This document shows positions 12,086-23,988 of a stretch of 64,000 nt of DNA, one piece after another; within the stretch, counting starts at the first letter, position 1; each line of letters opens with the position of its first letter. Under the pieces are notes generated by a model. The model did not search any database and had not been told where the DNA came from. It worked only from the letters and a program-made list of their open reading frames with translations. Made by a program: the position numbers and the translations under genes. This DNA is from Rhodospirillales bacterium (GTDB lineage Bacteria; Pseudomonadota; Alphaproteobacteria; Bin95): the NCBI GenBank assembly GCA_038143065.1, contig JAYQLI010000042.1:1-64000 (forward strand). Direction: 5' to 3'.

Positions 12086-12340
12086 ATGATCTTTACGATT
12101 ACAATGACACACGACTATTCAACTTGCCAAACCCATGATCCTGAAAGAGGGCCGCTGTGGAAAAATACGCTCAGAAGTTTACCAGACCACGGGCTTAAGA
12201 TTCACGCAAATTACGTAAACAGACTTGGAGCATAAGGGTTATATGGTTGTTGAAGCAGATAGTTTTGAACAAATTGATGCTGCTTTGATCCAGTTTTAGA
12301 GATGGGTCACTTTGAAGTAACGCCAGTTATGCAGCGTTAA
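12086..12340 (+). CDS. Small protein, DUF3303-like
   Basis: RBS GGAGA; MIFTITMTHDYSTC..HKGYMVVEADSFEQI..GHFEVTPV. Confidence 0.5.
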
Positions 12341-12448
12341 CTACGTTGGAGTCAACCGAAATGCTTCACTGCTTAAAGCGATACGCCAGCTTATCTTTTT
12401 GGTTGCTTATCGTGCTGAGACACAAAATAATTAAGGGATATTAAAATA

Positions 12449-12733
12449 ATGACCTATGCTCGGATAAACACAATCACGTTTGCTTCAGAAGCGGCCGCAG
12501 ACGAACTTCAAGCTAATTACGCATCGACAGCGCCTGCAGGGTTTCCTGAAGCTCTATTATTAGTTTCAGTAAGAACTGGCCCACTAACTGCTTCGTTAAC
12601 ATCAATTTATGAAGACAAAGCTGCCTTTGATCGATCAGCTGAAGAACGCACGAAGCGCATGGCAGCCAATGGACATTTGATGGATGGCGTTATTGTTGAA
12701 GAAGGTGAAGTAACATTATTTCACGTAAAATAA
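12449..12733 (+). CDS. Small ABM/barrel-like hypothetical protein
   Basis: Intact 94 aa ORF MTYARINTITF..SIYEDKAAFDRS..EGEV. Confidence 0.6.
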   Translation: MTYARINTITFASEAAADELQANYASTAPAGFPEALLLVSVRTGPLTASLTSIYEDKAAFDRSAEERTKRMAANGHLMDGVIVEEGEVTLFHVK

Positions 12734-13045
12734 GTCTCCAGAATATACTGTTTGCTCTTTTGGCGGATCATGGGTGTCAAAAGAAAATATTGTGGAGAGG
12801 GGCGTGCTTCTCCGCCGGATAATGCGGTTAAATTGGACCGACTGAAGAGAAGCCTTGATATTAATATCGAAACAGCCAGTGCCTACTAGTTTAACCCATA
12901 TTGAGAAATCGAATGTCAGTAATAAAGCGATTAAACGTCAATAAGTTTACGTCAGAAGAAGATAATGATGCTTTTGAGCAGCCTCATCTGACTGGGCCAT
13001 GTTAATTGTTAGTGCATGATTGGCCTCTGATCCAGTGGTATGATG

Positions 13046-13167
13046 GGTGCTGTCAGACGAATGAGAACTCGCATCGGATCACTGGCGTAGCCTGAATCTA
13101 TGCGCTCAATAGTTGGCGCCACTCAGCAAGAGCAGCGGTTCGATTGAGCTTGAAATTGTCTCGTGAG
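13046..13167 (-). mobile_element. IS6-family end remnant, cut by IS21
   Basis: GGTGCTGTCAGACGAATGAGAACTCGCATCGG end sequence. Confidence 0.75.
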
Positions 13168-13271
13168 TGTTGAATGTCACTGAGAACTGACCCGGTAGCC
13201 CCATAAATTGTCACTGAGAATTGACCCATGTGAACACATGGCCCTGACGTTTTTGTTCAGGGAGATTTGGA

Positions 13272-14809
13272 GTGATCGACATGGGATTTTTGAGTGTCAT
13301 ACGACGCTGGGCATTGCGTGACAAAATGCCAATACGTGAGATTGCGCGCCGCACCGGGCTGTCTCGCAACACCATCAAAAAGTATCTTCGTGAGGATTCT
13401 GTAGAGCCACGGTTTAATACGCCACGTAGGCCGAGCAAGTTGGATCCTTACGCGGATCGTTTGTCAGCATGGCTTTTGGCGCAGACGCGGAAGTCTCGCA
13501 AAGAGCGGCGCAATGTTAAGCTGATGTATGAGGACTTAGTTAAGCTGGGCTACGATGGGTCCTATGAGCGGGTCGCAGCCTTTGCGCGCGCGTGGCGTGC
13601 TGATCGGCATCGTGCAGAGCAAACTACGGGGCGCGGCACATTTGTACCGTTGGTGTTCCAACCCGGAGAAGCGTTCCAGTTTGATTGGAGCGAAGACTGG
13701 GCCACGATTGGTGGTGAACGCATCAAGCTGCAAGTTGCACACAGCAAGCTGTCGCACAGCCGTGCCTTCATTGTCCGGGCCTATCCTTTGCAGACGCATG
13801 AGATGTTGTTTGATGCCCACTGGCATGCCTTCCGTGTGTTCGGCGGCATTCCAGGGCGTGGCATCTATGACAATATGAAGACTGCGGTAGACCGTGTTGG
13901 TCGTGGCAAGCAGCGCTATATCAACGCACGCTTCAAAGCTATGGCCAGCCATTACGTCTTTGAGCCTGAGTTCTGCAATCCAGCAGCAGGGTGGGAGAAG
14001 GGTCAGGTTGAGAAGAACGTCCGGATGCGCGGAACCGCCTTTGGCAAGTTATGCCTGTCTTCAAGGATCTGGGTGAACTGAACCAATGGCTTGAGGATCG
14101 CTGCATCGCGCTTTGGTCAGAGACGGCGCATCGAGAGTTGTCTGGTTCTATCGCTGACGCTTGGGAGGCTGAGAAGCCTGTGCTGATGGTTCTACCTCCA
14201 GCCTTTGACGGGTTTGTCGAACATAGCAAGCGTGTGTCACCGACCTGCCTGATTACCTTTGAACGCAACCGTTATAGCGTGCCGGCCAGCTTTGCGAACC
14301 GCCCAGTCAGTCTTCGTGTTTACCCGGACCGGTTGGTTATTGTTGCGGAGGGACAGACTGTCTGCACGCATGATCGCATCGTCGATCGGTCCCACCGCAA
14401 GCCTGGCAAAGTCATCTATGATTGGCGCCATTATCTGGCGGTCATCCAACGCAAACCGGGGGCATTACGCAATGGTGCGCCGTTTACAGAGATGCCCGAC
14501 ATCTTCCGTCGGCTGCAAGATCACATGCTCCGTAAGGAAGGCGGTGACCGGGAAATGGTCGACATCCTGTCCTTGGTTCTACACCACGACGAAAGCGCCG
14601 TTCTGCGTGCAGTCGAACTGGCGCTGGAAGCTGGGGTCCCAACCAAGACGCACATCCTGAACCTGCTGCACAGGCTAATTGATCCAAAGCAGACAGATCA
14701 TCCAGAGATCGATCCACCAGATGCCCTCGCATTGGAAGCCGCCCCAAAGGCAAATGTGGATCGCTACGACGACCTGAGACAGACAGGAGGAAAGCGCAAT
14801 GCGTCATGA
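13272..14809 (+). CDS. istA: IS21 transposase IstA
   Basis: [23 protein letters not shown]; one frameshift near 14020. Confidence 0.92.
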
Positions 14810-15589
14810 TCCAGCAGGAGCTTCCATCGTCATCATGCTGCGCAGTCTCAAACTGCATGGCATGGCGCATGCGGTCGATGATCTGGTCGCACAAGGTGCG
14901 CCCGCGTTTGAGGCCGCCACCCCCATGTTGTCTCAACTGCTCAAGGCGGAAATGGCAGAACGAGAAGTGCGATCAATTGCCTATCACACGAAGGTGGCGC
15001 GCTTCCCATCCTACAAGGACCTTGCAGGCTTTGACTTCGCATCAAGCGATATCAACGAGGCCACTGTACGGCAGCTTCATCATGGTGAGTTCATAGAGAA
15101 TGCAGAAAACGTTGTTCTGATTGGGGGCCCCGGCACCGGCAAAGCCACGTCGCCACAGCTATCGGTGTCCAAGCCATCGAACATCACAGACGCAAGGTGC
15201 GCTTTTACTCGACCGTCGAACTGGTCAACGCATTGAGCAGGAAAAGGCCCTTGGGAAGGCCGGGAAGATGGCTGAAATGCTCACAAAGATCGACTTGGTC
15301 ATTCTTGATGAACTCGGCTACCTGCCGTTCAGCCCGTCCGGTGGCGCTGCTGCTGTTCCACCTTCTCAGCAAACTCTATGAGCGCACCAGTGTCATCATC
15401 ACGACCAACCTAAGCTTCAGTGAATGGGCGCAGGTCTTCGGTGATGCAAAGATGACAACAGCTCTGCTCGACCGGCTCACGCACCGCTGCCACATCTTAG
15501 AGACCGGCAACGACAGCTATCGCTTCAAAGCCAGCTCAGAGACCGCAAAGAAAAACACAAAGGAGGCAACCACATTGACCAAAGCATAG
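14799..15589 (+). CDS. istB: IS21 helper ATPase IstB
   Basis: [34 protein letters not shown]. Confidence 0.92.
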
Positions 15590-15661
15590 CCGCCGATACA
15601 TAACTAAGAGCGGGTCAAATCTCGGTGACAATACCGGGTCAGTTCTCAATGACATTCAACA

Positions 15662-16219
15662 CTTTGATCAGTTTAGTGGTGCCCACGGCATACGGATAGT
15701 TGTGACAACGACACGTAGCGGAGCTGCCACAATCACTCTTTGCGCAGTGATCAATTCTCCTGAATCCAGACGTATGTTTATGCACTCTTGTCCTTCTTCA
15801 CAAAGCTCAGAAACTACAGCACCCGTGCGTATGTTGCTCGAGCCAAGCCGCTCAGCAAGAGTATCTATCAAAGTCGTTGATCCACCAACGATACGAACCA
15901 TTCCATCTTGTCCAGGCAGCGGTTGATAGAACGGTTCTGGCCCATAGCCTGTGATTACTGCGTTACCTTCGTTAAATTGATCAAACGTCTTGATATCAAG
16001 CTTACTCAGCCAACGAGCCACAACGGGTTGATATTTTGGCCAGACCCAAGTTGGGCCTAGATCAGCAACGGCTTGAGTGCTGGCACCATCACGTACTGAG
16101 CGGATGCGACCTCCTATTTGTGCATCTGCTTCCAGCACCTGCACGCTGATGCCCGCTTCTTGCAATGTTACGGCTGCGGTAAGTCCGGAAAGGCCAGCAC
16201 CAATAATAACTACATCCAT
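15662..16219 (-). pseudogene. Flavin monoamine oxidase family, truncated by IS21
   Basis: VVIIGAGLSGL..EA..GGR..DLGPTWVW; only about 185 aa before the IS end. Confidence 0.75.
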
Positions 16220-16344
16220 ATTATAACCTTAATGATGGTTACTGAAACATAGTCAGTTTTCATAACGAGGTACATAGATGTGAACTCTAAGAAGTTGAGT
16301 GAAGCGGCGCAGCGCTTTAAGCATTGGCCCCTGCATAAAGCTGC

Positions 16345-17918
16345 CTAAACACACAGAATAGCAGTAAGCCCTCGTTCTGACAGCTTGCCCTCTTCAACCA
16401 GCTCAAGCGCCTTGATGCGTATGTCTGGCGCAACACTGTAGGCGTCTTGATGTGTGCCGATTACTGCAAGGGCGGACTTTTCTGATAAAGACCCCCTGCT
16501 GAGCATTTCCAGTGCCTTCAGGCTGGCTTGCGCGTTCTTGACGTTTTCCTCATCGCTTGTAGCCTCACTGCGCTTTGAGCCAGACTTGGCTTCAGCTGTA
16601 ACTTTTGGTTCGTTGGGAAGCTTTTCTTCAATCTCCACATCATCAATTGCGCGCTGCAAATCTTCATCTGTGATGGCAAAACCGTTGGAAAGATCAGCGG
16701 TGAAGTCTTTATGAGGGGTGTCATACTCTTTTACCTGTGAGCATCTCTTTCTTCAGGCGCGGCGTGAGATGACTGTAATGCCGCTCAATCATCAAAATAG
16801 ACGTGCCCATTTGAACAGCCAGAGTATGGACGTCCATCCCATCATTAAGCAGTGAGAACGTCGCATAAGTATGGCGCAAGCTATAAAGCGTGCGATCTTG
16901 GCCCGTGCGAGGACAGGTCAGCAGCCCAGTGTCTTTCATAAATATCTTGAACGTCTGACGCAGGTTTGCGCTGGCTGTGCCATCAGGAAGTCTAAACACA
17001 GGCACATCTAGTTTTGATTTGATCAACTGCTCAAAGCTCATATCAGTTATATCAGGGCATCTACTTTGAATGCGCTTGAGATAGTTTATGGTACCTGCCC
17101 TACATATGATATCACGGCGTCCTGTTTTACCCGTTACGCTCATCTCAAGGTATTTGAGACCCTTGTCTTCAAATAGACTGATATGCTTCCAGCATAGGTT
17201 CTCTGCTTCTGTGCCATGCCGCATGCCTGTGTTGGCAAGAATGAGAATGTAGTCACGCAGCAGATGCCGCATATCGCGAGATTTGCCCTCTCGCCCTGCA
17301 TCAATCCAGCTAGGTAGCTTGCGTATAAGCGTTGCATACTCTTCACGGGTAAAGTCAGGGCGGCGCACACTATCCGACCCTTGTTTACCAACACAGGCAC
17401 TTGTGACTTGTTCATGTATCCACGGGCAACAGCTTCATCAAATATTCTGTTTAACGCAGAGTTATGTGTGTTGAGCGTGGACGACCTTGGCTCTCGTCCC
17501 ATCTTTGCCTCACGCCAGCGTGCAAACTTTTGCAGCATCTCATAATCAATACTGGTCACAAAAATATCACCAAAAAACGGAACTAGGTACTTATCAATTA
17601 CGATTATATAGTCACGAAAGCTCTTCTTACCCACGCCATTGTCTAGCTGCTGCTTCATGGTGGCACGGGCACAACGCAGCCACATCTGCAAAGCGTTTGG
17701 AGATCACGGGCAGCCCGTTCTTTTGCCTAAATCTATAGTCTAAATAGATCTCACGCGCCGCTGCCACAGCATCATTTAAAATGCGTTTCTTTGAACTCAC
17801 ACGAACCTGTCGTCCGTCCAATGTAAATGCAGCTTGCCAGACTTTGCTGTGCTTGCGTTTAAAAAGACGAACCTCACCATCCATCAACGTGGGGGTGTAT
17901 TTGGATTCAATTTAGGCA
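16345..17918 (-). CDS. Tyrosine integrase
   Basis: ILANTGMRHGTE, RTLYSLRHTYAT, MGTSILMIERHY; N-terminal arm-binding-like region; adjacent to the tRNA-Met att. Confidence 0.9.
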
Positions 17919-18050
17919 CTATCAACACCGTGTTTAACACTCAGATTCTGCACTAGAAAAAGTCAGAAAGCTAGAAAAAACTGTGCTAGAGGTGTGCTAC
18001 GCACAATGTGCGTCAACCGAAAAGTTAAGTTACTGATTATATTGAAAGTT

Positions 18051-18094
18051 TGGTAGCGGCACAGGGACTTGAACCCCGACACGCGGATTATGAT
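18051..18094 (-). other. att site: 3' half of tRNA-Met(CAT)
   Basis: Minus strand ATCATAATCCGCGTGTCGGGGTTCAAGTCCCTGTGCCGCTACCA (anticodon loop to CCA); 5' half absent; arm-like repeats ATGCGCTAA at 18151 and 18163, TGTGCTA at 17982 and 17993. Confidence 0.8.
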
Positions 18095-18496
18095 GAAATG
18101 CGGCATAATTTAAACACTTTAAAACATATGGTTATAACTGAATTATCATGATGCGCTAATAAATGCGCTAAACTCTAACTCACAGACTGCAGAAACTCCC
18201 TGTTTAACACATATATTTTGCCTCAAAATCTGTGCGGCGTCCAGCAGAACATGTTGTGATAAGTACCCATAAAGTCGCCCTGCCCGCTTCAAGCAGGTTT
18301 AATTTGATAGTGCCCTCAAATCTCTTTGCCCAAAATTACCACTTGTATAGTTTTCTTTTTTTCCACTTTGTTTGTGACGGAGGCATTGGCATCGATGTTT
18401 ACAACTTTGAATTCACCGAACGCGAACTGAACCCGGAAAAGTTTCCATAATCGTAGCAAGTTAATCATCTTACACTGCATGACCGGACAGTAGATA

Positions 18497-19400
18497 ATGC
18501 CAACATTCACTTCGAAAATTAGAAAAATGCCCAAAAAAAGCTTGATGGGTATTTTGTATTTTGCGGCAGGCATGTTCTTGTTTGCTGCTGTGGATACCAT
18601 GGCCAAAGTTCTTACTGAAAGTTTTCACCCTCTCCAAGTCGCATGGTCAAGGCAATTAGGCCTGTTTATGGAATTATAATTTTATTAGTAATTAAAGGCA
18701 CAGTCATACTAAAGACCGATCACTTTTATCTACAGGTTTTGCGAGGCTGTTTAGCAGCAGCTTCAGCCCTAATGTTTATATTTGCAATATCAGTGGTGCC
18801 TGTTGCTGATGCAGTGGCAGTAAGCTTTGTAGCACCCTTTTGTTACAATTTTTGGGCGCTGGTTCTGAGAGAACGCGTGGGTGTTCGAAGATGGACTGCA
18901 ATCGCCATCGGCTTTTTGCGTGTTTGATAATTATCGACCTGGTTTTAGTTCATTTGAACCAGCAGTACTTTTGGTTGTGATCGCAGCGCTTGCTTATGCA
19001 TTTCGCCAAATAGTATCGCGCATTTTGAGCGGTTCCGATCTCACAATGACAACAGTTGCGTATACAGGGCTGACCGCGAGCATTTTTTTATCCATTCCAC
19101 TTCCACTAGTGTGGCGCACACCGGTTGGAAGTAACGAATTTATATTGATTGGAGCGTTGGCGACACCTGGCAGCCCATAGCTGAAATATTGGTTATTAAA
19201 GCCCTCGAATTAACGCAAACTGTAGTGCTAGCACCGATCCATTATACATTATTAATTTGGGGTACCACCTACGGCTGGATAGTCTTTGGTCAGTTTCCTG
19301 ATAAATGGACTTGGTTTGGTTCCAATAATTTTGCAACCGGGTTATGTGGTGTTGCGAGAATGGAGTAAGAAAAAAAATCAACACTGACTTCTTTCCTCGC
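18497..19400 (+). CDS. DMT/EamA-family transporter
   Basis: DTMAK..HPLQVAWSR, PVADAVAVSFVAP, LRERVGVRRW, APIHYTLLIW. Confidence 0.8.
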
Positions 19401-19424
19401 TCCACCGCTCTACTTTGGCATCCA

Positions 19425-19614
19425 GCCAATACCACGTTCGTGCAGAAGATCTTCCACGTTACGGAGTAAGACCGGCAACCGAGCATAAAGCATCACCGCC
19501 AGACGGATGATCTCTGGACCTCATTTCAAAGTACCAAATGGGGGAGTGTGTTGTCATACGAAGAGGCTACGAAACCGCCCTGTACGGCTCTAATTAGTTT
19601 CTTCTGACAGTACC
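19425..19614 (-). mobile_element. IS6-family remnant (transposase 5' end plus IR)
   Basis: MTTHSPIWYF..IIRLAVML; ends TCTGACAGTACC. Confidence 0.7.
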
Positions 19615-19623
19615 CCTATTGGT

Positions 19624-20233
19624 TTAAGCCGTGAAACTTTCGTACAAGGCGTCTTTTCCGGTTTTGAAAGAAAGCGATAAAATTTCAAGGCCAACTAGTG
19701 GCGAGAAGTGCACAAGGCTGGGGCTATACCGCCCCAATCATGCAAAGCAGCCCAATGGATAAGCGTCAAAACGGCCGCGCCGTAAACAGCTTTTTGAAGC
19801 ATCTTCCCATTTGCGTCCTAATTTGCTCACCCACCGTCTCTGTCGATGTTACTGCAAGTGGCACAAATATTAGGAAAGCTAACCACCCGGTCCAAATGTA
19901 AAGCTTTGATATTTCGCTACCGGAAAATGCTACAGATCCTTCATCAACAAGATAAAGAACAGTGTGAAGCAGCGCGTAAAAGCAGCAACAACCCCAAATA
20001 ACGCCGCCACTTCATTAGCCATCTTGGCAAACAGCTTTTCTAAACAACATCATTAACGGTGTAATCATCATCGTAATCATAAAACGTGCCGCAAATTCTC
20101 CTGATGAATGTAGTGCATGTTTGCACGGAACCTGGATCACCTGTTGTCAGTCCAGTGATCAAGATGGCAGGCAGGCTAAGCACTAGCCAGAATGTAAAGA
20201 AGTGGCTCCAGATTGACTTTAATTTTGGAACGT
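19624..20233 (-). CDS. Ferric reductase-like transmembrane (MsrQ-like) protein
   Basis: SGEFAARF..ITPL, LHTVLYL, PLAVTS..LGRKW..LQKAVY..LIHW. Confidence 0.7.
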
Positions 20234-20312
20234 TAAATTCTCCTATTGTTGATGGTTAAACGTATGAGCAGATGGTTTCCGTCATTTGGTATGCAAAAAT
20301 AATTACTGCGAC

Positions 20313-21125
20313 GGTGCTGTCAGACGAATGAGAACTCGCATCGGATTGCTGGCGACGCTTTAATCTATGCGCAGCACAAAGGCGCCACTCAGTAAGAGCG
20401 GCGGTTCGCGTTTGAGTTTTGAAATTGTTTCATGAGTAGAGGTGGCGCTCTGATTGAAATGGTTGTGGACTGAAGAGTGGATTGAGGCGAACTTTTGCAG
20501 ACATCGAGTCTGTCGGAAGCGGAGCATGGCGCGTTCTCGTCGCCGAAACGGGTGAGAATTCTCCGCCCTATTATTCACACCAGCGGCGTTTTTTGCCGAT
20601 CCGCGTTGCCAATGTTTTCGACATTGCAGCGCCATAGGAACGTAGTTTGTCCGTCACAAACATTTTTGGTACGCCATAGCGCTTCATTGCATTTTTTTGA
20701 GGAATTTCAATGCGCTTTGCGATCTCGGCGCTTTGTTCTATAACTTTTAAGCACCTCACCTTCGTGATCAACGGCTCGCCAGAGATAATACGTCATCCGT
20801 TGATTTTCACGAAAACCTCATCCAGGTGCCACTGCCAGTTCGAATATGCATCGACTAACTCGGTTTCTTCGTATTTCAGCAGCAAACATCGGACCAAATC
20901 TGTTCCACCAAAACCGAACTGTTTCATGGCTGATCTTGATGCCACGTTCGTGCAAAAGATCTTCAACGTTACGAATTGAGAGCGGAAACCGAACATAAAG
21001 CATCACCGCCAGGCGGATGATCTCAGGCTCGTTTTAAAAAAGTACCTGAATGGAGAGTGTTTTGTCATTTGCGGATGCTACAAATACACCCTGCACGGCT
21101 CAATTTGGTTTTGTTTGACAATACC
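20313..21125 (-). mobile_element. IS6-family element, near full length
   Basis: IRs GGTGCTGTCAGAC / TTTGACAATACC; transposase LYVRFPLSIRNVEDLL, WHLDEVFVKING, TDKLRSY, NNRAENSH. Confidence 0.9.
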
Positions 21126-21134
21126 GGGAAAATT

Positions 21135-22950
21135 GATGAACTTGTTGAAATAAATAACCAACTACGCGAAGAAATAAAAATGATACAGGAAAAGTAATTC
21201 TCCAAGATGTAATACTCCAAGATAATTATATGAAAATAATTACTGATAAAGGTAATTTCAAATCGGCAGTTTCTGATGAAGATACTGAAAGATTAGCATT
21301 AAAAATGGCAAATTGTTGGTGAAAATGTCGAAAGTATCTTTTTTGTCAGCGGAACAAGCATATGATGGTGAATTTCAAGATATTAAAAAAATCAAGAAAC
21401 CTCAGTAAATTCTGTTACCATTGCAGCAGAGTTTTGCTAGTAAAGCTCACAAAAAATATTTGGCCCACCAGGAACTGGAAAAACAACAAAACTGATAAGT
21501 TATGTTAAAGATGCTGTAAATAGAGGAGTAGAACCTAATAATATTGCCTTTATCTCTTTTTCAAATGGTGCTGCCACAGTTGCAAAAAAACGAGTTGTCG
21601 AGGCACTGCCTGATTATGGTACAATTGAATTTCAAATTTTTCTACAATGCATTCATTAGCTACGCGTATAGGTAGTGAAAGCGGTAAGAAGCTTATGGTA
21701 GGAGAGCATTTCCTTGCATTTGATAGCAGCATAGAATGTTGGAAGAATGGACGGAATTGGGAAATCCACTTGGTGCTGTCGAGCGATACAAACATCCAAT
21801 TTTGGATATATAATTTAGCTGTAGCTGAGCAAAGATCTGTAGATTACTCAAAAATACAGCTCCCAGGAATTCAGTTAGATTTATTAAGGAGAAGTCTTGT
21901 TAAGCGTTTTCCAAATCTTTCAGGTCAAAAGTTTGAAGAATACTGCAAGGCATATTTGAATGAATTTATTGCATTTAAGAATACAAGGCGTCTGGTCTTT
22001 TGATGATGTTATAGAAAAAGTTGCATCTGATATGTTCCCAAAAAGTTAATACCTACTTTTTGAACTCTTAATGGTGTTGAGCTCAGGACTTATCAAAACC
22101 ATTTATGGAAACTTGCAGAATGAAACTTATTGAGGCGGCAAAAACATCATATATTGCAGGTGATGAAGTGATGCAGCAATTATGATGGGAATTGTCACTA
22201 ACCCTCTTTCATTTACTTAAATTACCAAACTTCAGAACAAGATATGCCATTAATTAATTCATATAGAATTCCAAAATTACTAAGAAATTATGTTGATGCA
22301 GGTATAATGCCAGAATTGGAAAAACTACCAAACAAGTGGGGTGTTACTTAGGAGCCAAATAAAAAAAATTGGAAATTTAAACTCCGCATATCAAAAAGCA
22401 GAAAATAAATGAAAAAGGAGAAAGTTTTGAGATTCAAATTCCTTATTCTCCCAGCGAATTAATAAATATTATTCATAAAGAATATTTTCAAATCACTGAC
22501 AGAATAAATAGTGATAATGATCAAATTAATATTCTTCATAAAAATGTATTACGTTTCAATGTTCAGATTGGTTGATAATGGCCCCAACTAAAGGAACGGG
22601 ACAAAAGCTTTCAGATGCTTTAAGAGAATCCGAAATACCTCATTATTATAGAAATAAACCGGTTTTAGGTGCAGCAAAGAAAAAAACTCTCATTAGGAGT
22701 GCAAACTGTTCTTATGTCCAAGGAGATGGAAGCAAAAAAATTCTGCAATTGTAGTCCAATCGTATGGCGATGTGGTTATGCTAGCCAAGGCCAAGACTTT
22801 CATACGTAGCTGCGACGCGCGCATCTGATTCCTGTTATCCAAATATTTGTATGCCAGGTCTTTTGGGTGAAATGGAAGAATCAAAAAACGGTTTTCTTTC
22901 GTATATGTGCCAGAAATATCAAAGATGTTCCCACTAAGTTTGCCCTCTTA
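21135..22950 (+). CDS. UvrD/Rep-like SF1 helicase (very AT-rich)
   Basis: IFGPPGTGKTT, STMHSLA, EAQDL, YIAGD, NSYRIP, YVAATRA; heavily frameshifted, start uncertain. Confidence 0.7.
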
Positions 22951-23139
22951 GATAATGTTTTAATACATCTTTGTCTGCCATAGTTTTAGCTTTGTCATCT
23001 CATAGAGACAAACTATAACACTCTAAGTATTGGAGAAGTAAGTAAGAAAGAATTCATCCCTGACTATGAGAACTCTAAGTGGTTAAAACATCATGGAAGT
23101 TCATTGCTTATCTAACAATCAGAGCATACAATACATTAC

Positions 23140-23238
23140 CTGCCGCTGCCTGAATCTATGCGCTTAATAATTTGCGCCACTCAGCAAGAGCAGCAGGCTC
23201 CGGTTCAACTTGAAATTGAGGCGTGAGTAGAGGTGGCG
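23140..23238 (-). mobile_element. IS6-family transposase 3' remnant
   Basis: GCCTGAATCTATGCGCT..GCGCCACTCAGCAAGAGCAGC matches the 13046 copy. Confidence 0.6.
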
Positions 23239-23597
23239 GTTTACGCCTCACACAGCCAACCTAACCCCACACCTAACCTGTGCAGTGCCATGAACGAACT
23301 CTAGCGGCGTCGGCACAAACAGCCGCGTAATCGTGTGCCAAAAGCAAACTTGTGGGCAGCGATGCGATAGCGGCACCCAGACCTGATCATGTCGGTCACC
23401 ATATTTTCTGCACAACAAATCCCCAGCATTTTGCATGAAAACCTCAAATTTAATGCGAAAGCCTGTAGCAAAAGCTATTACTGGGATGCAGCCAGATCCT
23501 GTCGGCAGAACACGTCGAGCAGCCTCCCTCGACAATGTTCACAAATCCCCGGTGGTGCGTATCCCTCGTCACCATCGGGGCAACCAGGAGATATGAA

Positions 23598-23864
23598 ATG
23601 AGCAAGGCAAAACATAATCCAAACCACAACACTCATAAAAAAAGGCACACTTGTAGAACCGAAATAACCTTTCCAGCAAATACCAGAACCTTCACACCGA
23701 ATGATGCTTTTTTAAATCATCAACGAATGACCGCTATCAGAATGGGGGTCGCCAGCTTCCTAGCGCTAACCTTGTTTACAATAATAATTACCCTGCCAGC
23801 ATCAGACGCATACGAAAGCACTAACGACTTTGTTCTGGATCAAATACTTTTCCGCCTGGATTAA
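23598..23864 (+). CDS. Small hypothetical protein with one TM helix
   Basis: AGGAG RBS; hydrophobic C-terminal segment. Confidence 0.4.
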   Translation: MSKAKHNPNHNTHKKRHTCRTEITFPANTRTFTPNDAFLNHQRMTAIRMGVASFLALTLFTIIITLPASDAYESTNDFVLDQILFRLD

Positions 23865-23988
23865 GGTAAGCATTCAAGCAAAGTTCTTAGTATAAGAATG
23901 ACACCTGTTGGATTTAATCAATTAACGTGCTTTTGTAATCCAGAACATAGGTAATCAGACCGCTAATCACTGCAAAATAGGAAATATT

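Larger units (their letters stand above)
13168..15661 (+). mobile_element. IS21-family insertion sequence
   Basis: IRs TGTTGAATGTCA.TGAGAACTGACCCGGTA / TACCGGGTCAGTTCTCAATGACATTCAACA with internal repeated motifs; istA and istB inside. Confidence 0.95.

Noticed and set aside
18051-18094. Intact tRNA-Met
   Set aside because: The 5' half (acceptor 5' strand, D arm) is missing
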